Of a stretch of DNA of 37,208 nucleotides, positions 21,577-33,256 are shown piece by piece. The notes beneath the pieces were generated by a model that saw nothing but the letters and a program-made list of their open reading frames with translations, searched no databases and had not been told where the DNA came from. Positions within the stretch are counted from its first letter, which is position 1; each line of letters starts with the position of its first letter. The translations under genes were made by a program, and so were the position numbers. The stretch is from Octopus sinensis (taxonomy: Eukaryota): positions 1 to 37,208 of the forward strand of contig NW_021835512.1 of assembly GCF_006345805.1 (NCBI RefSeq), read 5' to 3'.

Positions 21577-24560
21577 TTTTTATTTATTTTATTTTTATTT
21601 TCATCTAGTTTCAGCTCATGAGCTCTGGCCATGCTGGGGCACCACCTTTTTGTGTTGCTACATGATTTTACTTCACGAATGCTTTTTAGCAATTGCTATC
21701 ACACTATCTTGTCCTACATCTTGATGGCAAATATGGAGTTCTTGGCACTATGCAGTGGCGCCCAGTTATAGTATTTGTTTAACTCTCGATGCCAAATTTT
21801 GTGACAAGTCCTTCCAGGATCTCCAGATGTATATTATGGCTTATCTTTCTCGCCTACGCTCTAAGGAATATAGTCTTAATCTCTGAGTCTTTCCCAATAG
21901 TTTGTATGCTGCACAGAGGCTATTTTCTTCGTGTAGCTTCGTTGGATCGCCTCAAGTTCTGTGATTAATTTGACACTGGATAGTGACCATAGCTGAGAGA
22001 CAATAGTCAAAATGCTTAGGACATGTGTCCTCCAGAGGACCATCATGGTTTCCTGATCTTTGTTCTAAAATGTTTAAGAATCCATCCGGCAGCCGCCTAC
22101 ATATTGCCATTTAGCAACATGCACATGAAAGGTTGCATCATTACTCAGGTCTCGCACTGATGTGCCTCTGGGATCGCAATCCTCCAGGTCAAGTGTATTT
22201 ATTGGGTATTGCATTTAGTTTTGCATGCTGATAGCATAAAGCTTGAAACTTTTCAGCATTGAACTGCATGCTATTCTTTTCAGCCCACTTGTATATTTTG
22301 TCCAGGTCACATTGCAGGTGCATAGTGTCTTCAGGGTTCTGTATTACCTGCGAAACTTTTGTATCATCTGCATAACTTGTGATCGTGGCTCTCTGCGTGG
22401 CTGAGGGCATGTCTGAGAGGACCATTATGAACAGCAGTGGTTCCAAAACAGTGCCTTGCAGAACACTGCTCACTATTTGCGTGTTACTGGAGGTGGCCCC
22501 ATTAGCTACTACCACCTGACTTCTATCCTTCAGAGTCATGAAGCCATTCTCCCAATTTTCCAACTATGCCAAGTTCACGCAGTTTGTGACATATCATTCC
22601 ATGATCGACTTTATCAAAAGCCTTTGCAAAGTCGAGATATATCACTTCCACATTTGTGTGGTTGAGCAGTTGTTTCAGCACCCAGTCATAGTGTTGTAGG
22701 AGCTGAGTTAGGCAGCTTCTTCCTGGTCGGAAACCATGTTGGGTGTCAGGCAGCAAGTTATTTTCTTCAAGGAAGGCGATTAGTTTCCTTCTGACTATTC
22801 GTTCCATGACCTTGCTGATGTGTGAGGTCAGAGAGATAGGTCTGTAGTTCTTGGCCTCCGCTCTGCTACCTCCTTTATGAATAGGGCATATTTCACCCTC
22901 CTTCAGTTTTCTTGGAAGTTTTCCAGTTGCAAGGGAGCTCTGAAAGAGGAACTGCAATGGTCTTGCTAGGACTCTCTTACATACTTTTAGAAGGATTGCT
23001 GGGAATCCATCGGGGCCAGTAGCTGAGTTTGGGTTCATTTCATCTATAGCCCTTATTACATCGTCTTCCTTTATATTGATGTAATCTGATTTTATATCTG
23101 CAGTGGTAAAGAAATCAGTTGGATTGCTGACTTGAAAATACCCTAGGGGTGGAGTGAAAATACTTTTGAATTGCTCATTTAGTATTTCACTTATCCTCAT
23201 TGGATTCCTGTGAGTGTACCATCTTTTTCAAGGAGTGGCCCTATCCTACAGTGCACCGTAGCTGTTTCTTTGGCAAACTTGTAGAAAGCTCTGGGGTTAG
23301 ATTTTATGCTGTCTATAGCCCAGGCTTCTTTGTCTGCTCTTTCTTTTTCATGGGAGAGTTGCAGACATTTTTCAATTTCCAGCAGTTTTATTTTTAGGCG
23401 GGACTTTTCACTGCTTTCTTTTTGTTTGTTAAGGCGATTTGAAACTTTTGTACGCCGTCTTATAAGAATTTTCCTCTCTCTGGGGATTTTGTTCTTGTAT
23501 ACAGTGGCCTTTCTCTCTGGGACACATTTGTAGCATATGGCTTGCATTACAGACATGAATTGTTGAAGTTTCATGTCGTTGTCTGGTGAGGAGAGACATG
23601 TATTGCCAGTTTTGTTTGAGGATCTCTTTCTCAATTTGTTTCCAGTTTGCCTTATGGAAGTTCAAGCTGGAAAGATTCTGAGAGTTTCTTGTAGGTTGCA
23701 TGTCCATGCTTTCCTTTGGCCCGTACATGGTCAGCTCTACCATGTTGTGATCCGAGAGTAGTGTCGGTATCACTTTCACATTATGGGTGAGATCCATATT
23801 ATTTGTGAAGCAGAGATCCAGTATGTTATCTGCCCTGGCTGGTTGGAGTATTATTTGCTCCATGTACAGAGTGTTGATGATGTTCAGGAGGGACCTTGCC
23901 TGTACTCGTTCGCATCGTGTCATTCTTGGGAGAGAAAGGCCCTCGGGCCATCTTATATTAAGCAGATTGAAGTCTCCCATAAGAAGTACACTTATGTGTT
24001 GTTCTAATGTGACTATAACTTCTATTTTTGTAAGGCAGTCTTCAAACTTGCCTATATGACTTGGAGCATCTGGAGGGCGACATGTAGCACATATAACTAC
24101 ACCGAGTTGCCTTATATGTACAATTAGTGTGTCACACACCGAATTTGAGTATGACAAAAGGACCTGGGGTGTGAGCTCCTCGCGGATGTACATAGCAACT
24201 CCACCATGACTCCTTTCTTTCCTGTCGGTCCGTAATACAACATACTGTGGTATGTGTATTTCCGCATCTGCTATATCCGGTTTCAGGTGTGTTTCCGTAA
24301 GTGCTATGCATAAGGCTTGATTGCATGCAACAAGGTCTCTCAAGAAAGGGATTTTTGTCCTGTTACTGAGTGTTAGCAGTCCTCTGATGTTCAGTAGGAG
24401 CATCGAGGTGATGTGTGTGTTGTTGCCAGTGGTGTCCACCTTGGGTCTATTTGCTGTGTGTGGTCTTGTGTATTGTGGATAGTCCCATCTGTGAGTTTGC
24501 GTTTGATGGAGCCAGGTTAGCTGCTGTACAATCTTTGCGCCTGCACAAAAGATTCTTGTT
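21577..24560 (-). mobile_element. CR1-group non-LTR retrotransposon (LINE), disrupted
   Basis: Minus-strand APE endonuclease and RT fragments. The 3' tail GGTGGTGCCCCAGCATGGCC...GAAACTAGATGAAAATAAAAATAAAA lies at 21577-21648. The 5' limit is approximate. Confidence 0.9.
21700..24439 (-). pseudogene. LINE ORF2 (endonuclease + reverse transcriptase), frameshifted
   Basis: ORF 23429-24439 has LLNIRGL, LTETHL, GGVAMY, MGDFN, LDLCFTN and SDH (APE). ORF 22523-23200 has NYRPISLTS, QHGFRPGRSCLTQLL and LDFAKAFDKVDH. ORF 22189-22563 has QGTVLEPLLF and YADDTK. YWERLR/LYSLERRRER lies near 21850-21900. Confidence 0.92.
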
Positions 24561-24679
24561 CAGCAGCTGCCCTTTCAATACACATGTGATGGTTTGTAAC
24601 ACGCACTACATCTGCGTACTCAAATACCAGAGGTAGAGTAATATGCTTTATTTAAATAAAGTATAGATAGATAATACAT

Positions 24680-24891
24680 ACGGCCTTGTAGGGGCTCCAC
24701 CTCGAAAGATTTAATCGAACGAGTCGACGCGAGTACTTATATATGTATGTATATATATTTGTTTAGGGATTGTTGTTTGGTTTGATAAATTGATAAATAC
24801 AGTGATGAAAGGATGTTTTGTACTTACTCTGTCGGTCTCTTTTCCAAATGGCTAAGTTACGGAGACGTAAACAAACCGACATTAGTTGTCA
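24680..24891 (-). mobile_element. CORE-SINE 3' half, degenerate
   Basis: TCGGTCTCTTTTCC..GCTAAGTTACGGAGACGTAAACA..GTTGTCAA matches 196-258. A degenerate tail (GTCGACTCGTTCGATTAAATCTTTCGAGGTGG on the minus strand) lies at ~24690-24745. Confidence 0.65.
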
Positions 24892-24904
24892 AACTGTAGC
24901 GGCT

Positions 24905-26331
24905 TGACACAAATACCGGTTAAATTGCTCGGAGTCTGGTTCGGTCCAGACCTCCAAGTGGAGAAGAACAGGGACGAAGTAAACGATCAGGGTAGTGACT
25001 CTGACCCAGATATAGCCGAGAGAAAACCATCTCTGAAAAGACGGGCTGAGGTGGCAAATGCTTATATCGCATCCATCATCGATTACCGTCTGACCGTCGT
25101 ACCTTGTCCCGATTCAACCATCGGGAAACTAGAACGATTGTTCTTGCGCTTTTTGTGACGGGGAAGAGTTCCGATGGTTAGGCGATCCATTTGCTGTCGT
25201 AACATCCGCTAAATGGAGGGTTGTGTATGCCGTGGTTAATGATGCGCAGACATGCACTGAGACTGCGGCATCTCTAGCTGTTCATAAAGGATGTGTGGTC
25301 ACCGTTTGTCAGACAGGCTTTTCCGCAACTCGTTTCATTTAGCAAGTTACTTTCCTGGATCAAGCAAAGACCAAGGATGGGCGCATGGCACCTCGAGTGT
25401 CGGCAAGCGCTGCGGTAACTCTGCTAACCGGATTCAAACTTGGCTGGTTTGAGTTCAACAAAAGCGTTCTATAGAGGGTTAGTGGAGGGTAGGTGTGACG
25501 GCGTTCTTGGGAAGAATCTTGGCGTCGGCGAGGGACACCTGACTCGCCTTTTCAGGACAACTTTCGGGCCGGGATCCATGGACAATCTCCAGAGATCCCT
25601 GGCCTGGCAATGCTATCGGAGAGGCCTACAGACACGGATCAAGAAACACCGGTCCAACCTACCCGAGATGTGATCAGAACAATGAAACCGTTCTGAACGT
25701 ACTCGTGCAGTGTACAAATATTTCAGAGCTGTGGGCCTATGTCGAACGGCTGCTGTCAACGTGTGGGACGTGTCCGGCTATCAGCCGAGTCTATCGTAAA
25801 TATTGCCCCGCCACCTTCCGTTAAGCGGAAAATCAGGCAGTTTTTATCGTACTGGTGGCTATAGCGAAAGAATGTATATAGTGGACTCGTTTGAAAGGTT
25901 TAGAGACAAACACTTCCCTCTCTGGCCAATCTCTCATCAACTTTTTCAAGTACTACTTGAGAAGGAAGGTGAGAATAGAGAGGGAAGTTTTGTCTCGGCA
26001 AGATTTCACATGAATGACGGACCTACTTTGAGCATGAACATATAAGAAAAGAAAAGGGGAAAGAGCACCTTGCTCTCATGTTTTTTATATGACCCAGGTT
26101 ATCGTGGTTCTTTTCCGTAGGCTTTTCTTTCCAGTATTAACTTATTGTTCCTTTTTTTTTTTTGTCCCTCTTTGGGGGATCTCGACTATGTAAAATAAAA
26201 TTTTTGCATATATACGTCCCAAATCGTTTTTCGATCATTTTGAATACTCCGAATACCCATTTTCGGAAAAGAAAAATTCTACAGTTGTATTTTTCCCCTG
26301 TGTTTAGCCCTGTGTGGTCAATAAAAGAAAT
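24905..26331 (+). mobile_element. L1/Tx1-type LINE, 5'-truncated 3' portion (post-RT region, zf-RVT, 3' UTR)
   Basis: PVKLLGVWFG..RKPSLKRRAEVANAYIASII..VVPCP..KLERLFLRFL, then GG.CMPWL-like and MDNLQRSLAWQC motifs. The T-rich 3' UTR ends AATAAAAGAAAT. Confidence 0.82.
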
Positions 26332-26790
26332 TTATTTATCTGTCCATACAACCATCTGTCTATCAATCTATCTATCTGTCTATCTATCTGCCTGTTTGTC
26401 CATCCAACCATCTTTCTATCGATCTATCTATCTATATGTCCATCCAACCAAATGTCTATCACTCTATCTATCTGTCTATCTATCTGCCTGTTTTTCCATA
26501 TATCTATCAATCGATCTATCTATCTATCTGTCCATCCAACCATCTGGCTAGCTAGCTATCTGTCCATCCAACCATCTGGCTACTTATCTGTCTGTCTGTC
26601 CATCCAACCATCTATCTATCTATCTGTCTGTCTGTTTGTCTATCCAACATCTGTCTATCTATCTATCAATCTATCTATCTATTTATCTATCTATCTGTCC
26701 ACCCATCCATCCATCCATCTATCTATTTCTCTGTCTATCTATCAATCGATCCATCGATCTATCTATCTGAACCATCTCTCAATATAAACA
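26332..26790. repeat. (TATC)n/(TCCA)n/(TGTC)n compound microsatellite
   Basis: Directly visible. Confidence 0.9.
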
Positions 26791-27019
26791 GACATCAGTC
26801 CATGTAGCCGCTTCCATAGCCATCTGTCTAGCTCTTCATCCATCTAGCTATGCATGCAACTGTAACTCCACCACAATTAATCAGATAATATTCTCACGGT
26901 TGGTCCAGCCAGCAATCCCATTATAAAAGCTCTGCTAAATTTAGGAATTTATATTCCGTGGTGACTACGCCACTTGATACTTATCTATGTGCCTGTATTC
27001 CTTCCTATCCATAAATAAA

Positions 27020-27524
27020 TGTGTACTCGTGTGTGTGCGTATGTGCGCGCACATGTGTATGTGTTTGTGAGTGTATTTATGTCTGTAGGGGTGGCGAGAA
27101 GGATAAGGAAAGTGTGAGACAGCCACAAGGAGAGAGGCAGAAGTAGTGCGTATGTCTATGAAATGTATGCGTGTATAGAATATACGCATACATATATATG
27201 TGCATCTATGTGCATCCATGTATGCATATATGTCTCTCTCCCTCTCTGTCTCTCTCTCTCACTCACTCTCTCTCTCTCACTATCTCCCTATATATATATA
27301 TATATATATCGTCTTCTAAATGTTTTATGTTCTTGTCCCAGTTTGTATTTTTCTACATATAATATATATATATATACACAAATATATATATAATATATAT
27401 ATAATACCAATGTGTATACATAGATATGCTTAAATATACACATATACTACACACATATGCATACATATATACATATACATGTCTCTGTATTTATATATAC
27501 ATGCATATACATGCCTATATATTA

Positions 27525-27587
<63 letters not shown>

Positions 27588-27751
27588 ATATATATGTATA
27601 TAGATATATATATAATACATATACATTCATATATATATGATACTGCACATGATACATATATATATATAGAAATATATATGAATGTATGTATATACATATA
27701 TATATATATATATACATATTAGTGTTATATATATATATATATATACATATA

Positions 27752-27819
<68 letters not shown>

Positions 27820-27950
27820 TATGTATATATATATGTATATATATATGTATCATAAAGATATATATGTATATATATATATATATATGTGTGTTGTGTGGGT
27901 TTATACACACAAACACATGTGTATCCATAGCATAGTCACCTAGACACATA
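27020..27950. repeat. (TA)n-dominated compound microsatellite
   Basis: Directly visible. Confidence 0.92.
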
Positions 27951-28074
27951 TATGCACCACCAATTAACAGCGAGGCCTATATCCAATTAGTTTTCTTCCC
28001 TAGGGCCAATTATCTCTTATTGGTCTTTTAAATCAATTGATACTAAACTGCAAATATTTGTGGAGCTGGGCGTG

Positions 28075-28101
28075 CCTCTGTGTGTGTGTGTGTGTGTGTG
28101 C

Positions 28102-28155
<54 letters not shown>

Positions 28156-28465
28156 GTGTGTGCGTGTGTGCGTGCGTGATTCATCCACCGACTTCTTTAA
28201 ACAATCAAAAATATGCTTCCTAGAAAAGTGTGTCGGAACTGTTTACACTCTCAAACAGAAATCCCAACAAACACGTATATGTGTGTGTGTGTATGTACGT
28301 ATGTATGTATGTATGTATGTATGTATATATGTATATATGTATATATGTATGTATGTATGTATAGATAGACAGGTAGATAGATATGTTTTTATATATATAT
28401 ATATATATGTACATATATGTATGTATATATATATATATATATATACTCAGACACAGAAAGGTATA

Positions 28466-28550
<85 letters not shown>

Positions 28551-28667
28551 TATATGTATGTATGTATGAAAATGTATATGTGTGTGGAGATAGGGAGAGA
28601 GAGAAGGGGCAAGAGAGATTGACAGACAGACATACAGACAGACAGACAGACAGATAGATAGATAGAC

Positions 28668-28724
<57 letters not shown>

Positions 28725-28734
28725 TAGATAGATG

Positions 28735-28783
<49 letters not shown>

Positions 28784-28900
28784 TCTGTATGTGTATCCGT
28801 ACGTGTGCGTGTATTGTGTACATATATATATATATTGAGCTTGTATATAGAGAAAGAAAAGAAAGAGAGAAAGAAAGAAAAAGAGAGAGAGAGAGAAAGA
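28075..28900. repeat. (TG)n, (TATG)n, (TA)n, (GACA)n/(GATA)n and (GA)n microsatellites
   Basis: Directly visible. Confidence 0.92.
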
Positions 28901-29374
28901 CTCAAAGAGCGAAAGAGCCTGAGTGACAGCCTTATCTCTCCGTCCATCCATCTAGCTATCTATCACGTGACAATATTTCCCGCCAGTTCAGACCAGATTA
29001 CTGGGCCTGTTTGTTTATGTTAAACATTCTTACTTCAGCTTATTAATCGTATTTATCAAAATGTTAGCAATGGTCTCCCTTCGTTTAATCAATGGAAGGG
29101 TTCTACAATCGATTTTCTTTTTTTCCTTCTCTTCTTTCCTCTTATTTAAATACTTTTTTTTTTTTGGCAGGCAATTATAAGAAATAACAAAATAAACCCG
29201 ATTTATATTTCACACTTCAGCGACACCAGTGTTGCTTTCTTATGGGACAGTTTCAATCGTAAAGTATTCAGAATTATAATAGAGTTCCTTTTATTATATT
29301 AGTCAGGTTTATTTATTGGTTGGCACGAGACCACAAATTGAGCGGTGGGTGGTAGATGGAAGTGGCTCAAATTG

Positions 29375-29570
29375 ATTGATTAATTTTATCAAACTCGAAA
29401 TGATGAAAAACTTTAATCAACCCAAGTAGGAACTGAGCTCAATAGATCAAGAACGTCGGACGAAATTCCTTGCCTCATGTATTTTCCACGACCTTGTCTA
29501 TTCTGAGTTCAAATTCCGCTGAGGTTAATTTTGACTTCCATTCTTCTGGGGTGGAGGAATAAAATATCCT
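29375..29570. mobile_element. Two degenerate, oppositely oriented fragments of the tRNA-SINE
   Basis: Minus-strand fragment ~29375-29470 (GAAATGATGAAA..GAACTGAGCTCA..GGACGAAAT). Plus-strand fragment ~29500-29570 (TTCTGAGTTCAAATTCCGCTGAGG). Confidence 0.5.
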
Positions 29571-29686
29571 TCGTGGGAGGAAGGCTGGCAAGAAATTAAG
29601 AACATCGGGACTGGATGACAAGTTTATTTCTACAGGTTCTTTGCGTTCTGATTTTTTGAATCCTGTTGTGGTTTATATATGAACGG

Positions 29687-30287
29687 TAATAAGGCGGCGA
29701 GCTGGCAGAAACGTTAGCACGCCGAGCGAAATGCTTAGCGGTATTTCGTCTGCGTTACGTTGTGAGTTCAAATTCCGCCGAGGTCAACTTTGCCTTTCAT
29801 CCTTTCGGGGTCGATAAATTAAGTACCAGTTATGCACTGGGGTCGATGGAATCGACTTAATACCTATGTCTGTCCTTGTTTGTCCTCTCTATGTTTAGCC
29901 CCTTGTGGGTAATAAAGAAATAGGTATTTCGTCTGCCATTACGTTCTGAGTCCAAATTCAGCTGAGGTCGACTTTGCTTTTCATCCTTTCGGGTCGATAA
30001 ATAAAGTACCAGTTTCACACTGGGGTCGATGTAATCGACTTAATCCTTTTGTCTGTCCTTGTTTGTCCCCTCTGTGTTTAGCCCCTTGTGGGTAATAAAG
30101 AAATAGGTATTTCGTCTGCCATTACGTTCTGAGTTCAAATTCAGCCGAGGTCGACTTTGCCTATCATCCTTTCGGGATCAATAAATAAAGTAGCAGTTTC
30201 ACACTGGGGTCGATGTAATCGACTTAATCCTTTTGTCTGTCCTTGTTTGTCCCCTCTGTGTTTAGCCCCTTGTGGGCAATAAAGAAA
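29687..30287 (+). mobile_element. tRNA-derived SINE, head-to-tail trimer (one head + 3 x 183-bp units)
   Basis: Head GGCGGCGAGCTGGCAGAAACGTTAGC; TATTTCGTCTG starts at 29742, 29925 and 30108. 13-bp TSD TATATATGAACGG (29674-29686, 30288-30300). Confidence 0.92.
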
Positions 30288-30329
30288 TATATATGAACGG
30301 CAGTGACATAACTCGTTGCCTGATTAAAG

Positions 30330-30460
30330 CTGCCAATGTAACAGACGATCCTTCGGTGCCTCTAGTGTGGAAGTCCGCCATGTTGCAACTATTTTGGGTT
30401 TGGTTTCCGGGTTGTGGATAACTTCGTTCGCCTTCTTTCCCACAAGTTTTCGTGACCCAA
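30330..30460. promoter_or_regulatory. Possible promoter/TSS-like island (YY1-type and ETS-type motifs)
   Basis: CCGCCATGTT at 30375-30384, GGAAGT at 30369-30374 and TTCCGG at 30405-30410, in a locally GC/CpG-richer, apparently non-repeat patch. Motif-only evidence. Confidence 0.3.
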
Positions 30461-30944
30461 TAAAATGTTAGGATATTACTCTTCCTAGTTAACTAAAATA
30501 TATAAGTTTATAAAGGGGAATTACTAATACTCAAGGACATTTTGTTCAGTGTTCTGCTATACCCCAGGTTTCGTACAGAATATAATGTATACTAATATGT
30601 ACACAAGGCCACGAATTTACGTGGAGTAGGGTTATAAACGATTATACTGACTTCAGAACATAACTATACTTTAAGTTGTCTACCCATGAGTAAAGATCAT
30701 TCACTACCATGTTTCTGATGATGGGATTTACCTCTCTGTCTATATACCTACCCGCTTTGCAATGTTGGAAAATGGAATAAGTATAAAAATGAACATTGTC
30801 AATTTAATTTTTAAAATTCCATATGTGGCTGAAGATTGCTCTACATTTTAAAACTGATGTAATACTTACATGTTTAATTAAATGAAGTAGCATGAAACAA
30901 TTGTACTACAATACCTTTGGATATCCTTGTTGCTTATTTTGATT

Positions 30945-30960
30945 ATATATAAATATATAT

Positions 30961-31022
<62 letters not shown>

Positions 31023-31056
31023 TATGCGTGTGTGAATAGTAGACAAAAATTAGAGA

Positions 31057-31147
<91 letters not shown>
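30945..31147. repeat. (TA)n and (GATA)n/(GACA)n microsatellites
   Basis: Directly visible. Confidence 0.9.
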
Positions 31148-31199
31148 AGCACATGGTCTAGCGCTAACGTAGGTGCACAGGGGACACAAATCTTCTCCC

Positions 31200-31950
31200 T
31201 CTTTACTCCTAGTTATCAGCCAACCCCCTTTCCACACCCTTCGCCCCTGTCCATTCCTTGATGTTACTCAGCAACCTTCCTTCAGGATCTTCCTATCACC
31301 CTTTAGTCAGAGCCTTGTTTATACATGTCCATATTTTCTAAAGGCAGAGTGTCATGGTGTCGTGTTACAACATCATTTTTCACCTTTTTATCACATTGAC
31401 AGAAGAGTTTTATGGTTCACGGCCTTCCTCTCAATTTCTTCCTTATCACCCTCGTTAGCTTGATGTTCTCTATATAGAGCTGAAAAGCATCTTTCTGTTA
31501 CATTTCTATAACATCTTATTTCAAACGCCATCGTCTTCGCACTTTCAGCATCTAACGTCCATAATTCGCACCCATAAATTGCAATTGAAGTTATTATTGA
31601 TCACAACAAAACGAAATTTTGCCATTCTTTTAATCTTTTCTTATTTCCCCCCCAACGAGGTCCGGTTTTTCTGAAGTTGCTATGGCTACTGCAATCTGGC
31701 ATTAATTTCTTTATTTATTTGATCTCACATCTTCCGTTTTATTATTCTTCTCCAAATATTTAAAAATCATCAACTTGTATGAAAATCTTTCTTACTCTTA
31801 CAATCGGATTTAGCATTTTCTTTTTGCTTTATTCAATTACCATTATTTTACTTCTTTCTTTTAGCTGGAATAACCATTTCTTATCTTCTTACAGTTGTAC
31901 TAAGACAAGTTGTTAGATCTTTAAGTGTTTCTATATTTTGTCCTGTTCAA
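31200..31950 (-). pseudogene. RTE-type LINE ORF C-terminal relic
   Basis: Minus-strand YGCELWTLDAESAKTMAFEIRCYR (starting 31576) and SNIKEWTG (~31245-31268) match RTE post-RT motifs. Many disruptions; ends approximate. Confidence 0.7.
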
Positions 31951-32142
31951 TCGATAAAAGGAAGATTACACTCTTCCTTCAATAAAACTTCAAGGGTTTC
32001 CGTCATATAACGTATCCTAGAAACACACCGAAATAGGCTGGTAAAAGAACGCGCCCTTGTTTGACACCAACTACTGTTTTGAAGCGGTTGTTTGGTGAAT
32101 TTCCAGTCAAAAGCAAATTTTTAATGTTCATATGATAATATC

Positions 32143-32380
32143 TATTTCTTTATTACCCACAAGGGGCTAAACATAGAGGGAACAAACAAGGACAGACATA
32201 GGTATTAAGTCAATTACATCGACCCCAGTGCATAACTGGTACTTAATTTATTGACCCCGAAAGGATGAAAGGCAAAGTCGACCTCAGTGGAATTTGAACT
32301 CAGAACGCAAAGACAGACGAAATACCGCTAAGTATTTCGTCTGGCATGCAAACATTTCTGCCAGCTCACCGCCTTATATT
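32143..32380 (-). mobile_element. tRNA-derived SINE monomer (same family as the multimers)
   Basis: Full head + one unit + AAAGAAATAG tail. Candidate TSD ATAATATC (32135-32142, 32381-32388). Confidence 0.9.
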
Positions 32381-32957
32381 ATAATATCGTTGTGCATAAT
32401 ATCTATAAGGTGTATACACGTGTGAATCGTCACTATTTTGTCTGAGAAACTTCTCAAAGAGACATTTGTTAAAGTCAAAACACAGGACTTCGCTCAGATC
32501 TCTGGTTTAAACACGTATCAATAAATGTTTCGTGTACTGATTTCTATATCAGAACAATCATTTTTGGCTCAGAACGTTTGGAGTGCTCATCACTGAGGGG
32601 ACACAATCAAGTAGAAACGCCTGGTCTGACGATCCAGCAGTTTTCTGAACAAAAACCATTTTAGTTATTGTTATCCTTTAAACACTAGAGTCTCTTTAAG
32701 AAGATTCTCTGGAGCAACATATTGCAGCTAGTACCGGTCTACATTTACATAAACATTGCAAATGTTACATACTCCGGTATTTTAATCTAAGTCTACTTCA
32801 AGTGCGTATGTTGCTTTAGTTCGTATAATAACCTTACAACATTTCCGTTTGGCTCGCCTATGTTTTATTTTCTTAGAATTTATAATAACTCAAAGTGTTG
32901 GTTGATTGATGTGTTCCCTGCCAGACATGACAAAGAGCTCTTATTTATATTTTAATG

Positions 32958-33009
32958 GCAGTGCCCCAGCATGGCCGCAGCTCTAGTAAGAAAACTAGTA
33001 AAATAAAAG
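32958..33009 (+). mobile_element. Isolated LINE/SINE 3'-tail fragment
   Basis: GTGCCCCAGCATGGCC is identical to the CR1-type LINE tail (21627-21642, minus strand), followed by AAACTAGTAAAATAAAAG. Confidence 0.6.
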
Positions 33010-33256
33010 TATTTATTTATTGAAGTCAATGAAATTGTGGCAAAGGACTTAGAGACATTCCAAGTATTTTTTCTAATAAACGATTGACGTTATAAATCTA
33101 CTAAACAAACCTTTCTCTTTTTGGAAACCAGACTGTTTCACCAAATTTCATTTTTGTTCTTGGCATCTTAAAGTAAAGCAAAAGAAAACCATACTTAAAT
33201 AGCAAATTAAATTAACCGACGCACATTTCTTTGTTCTTGTGCTTTTTTTCTTTTGG

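Noticed and set aside
24440-24660. ORF1 of the CR1-type LINE
   Set aside because: Only ~200 bp with stop codons lies upstream of the endonuclease before a SINE tail; no ORF1 domain can be recognised.
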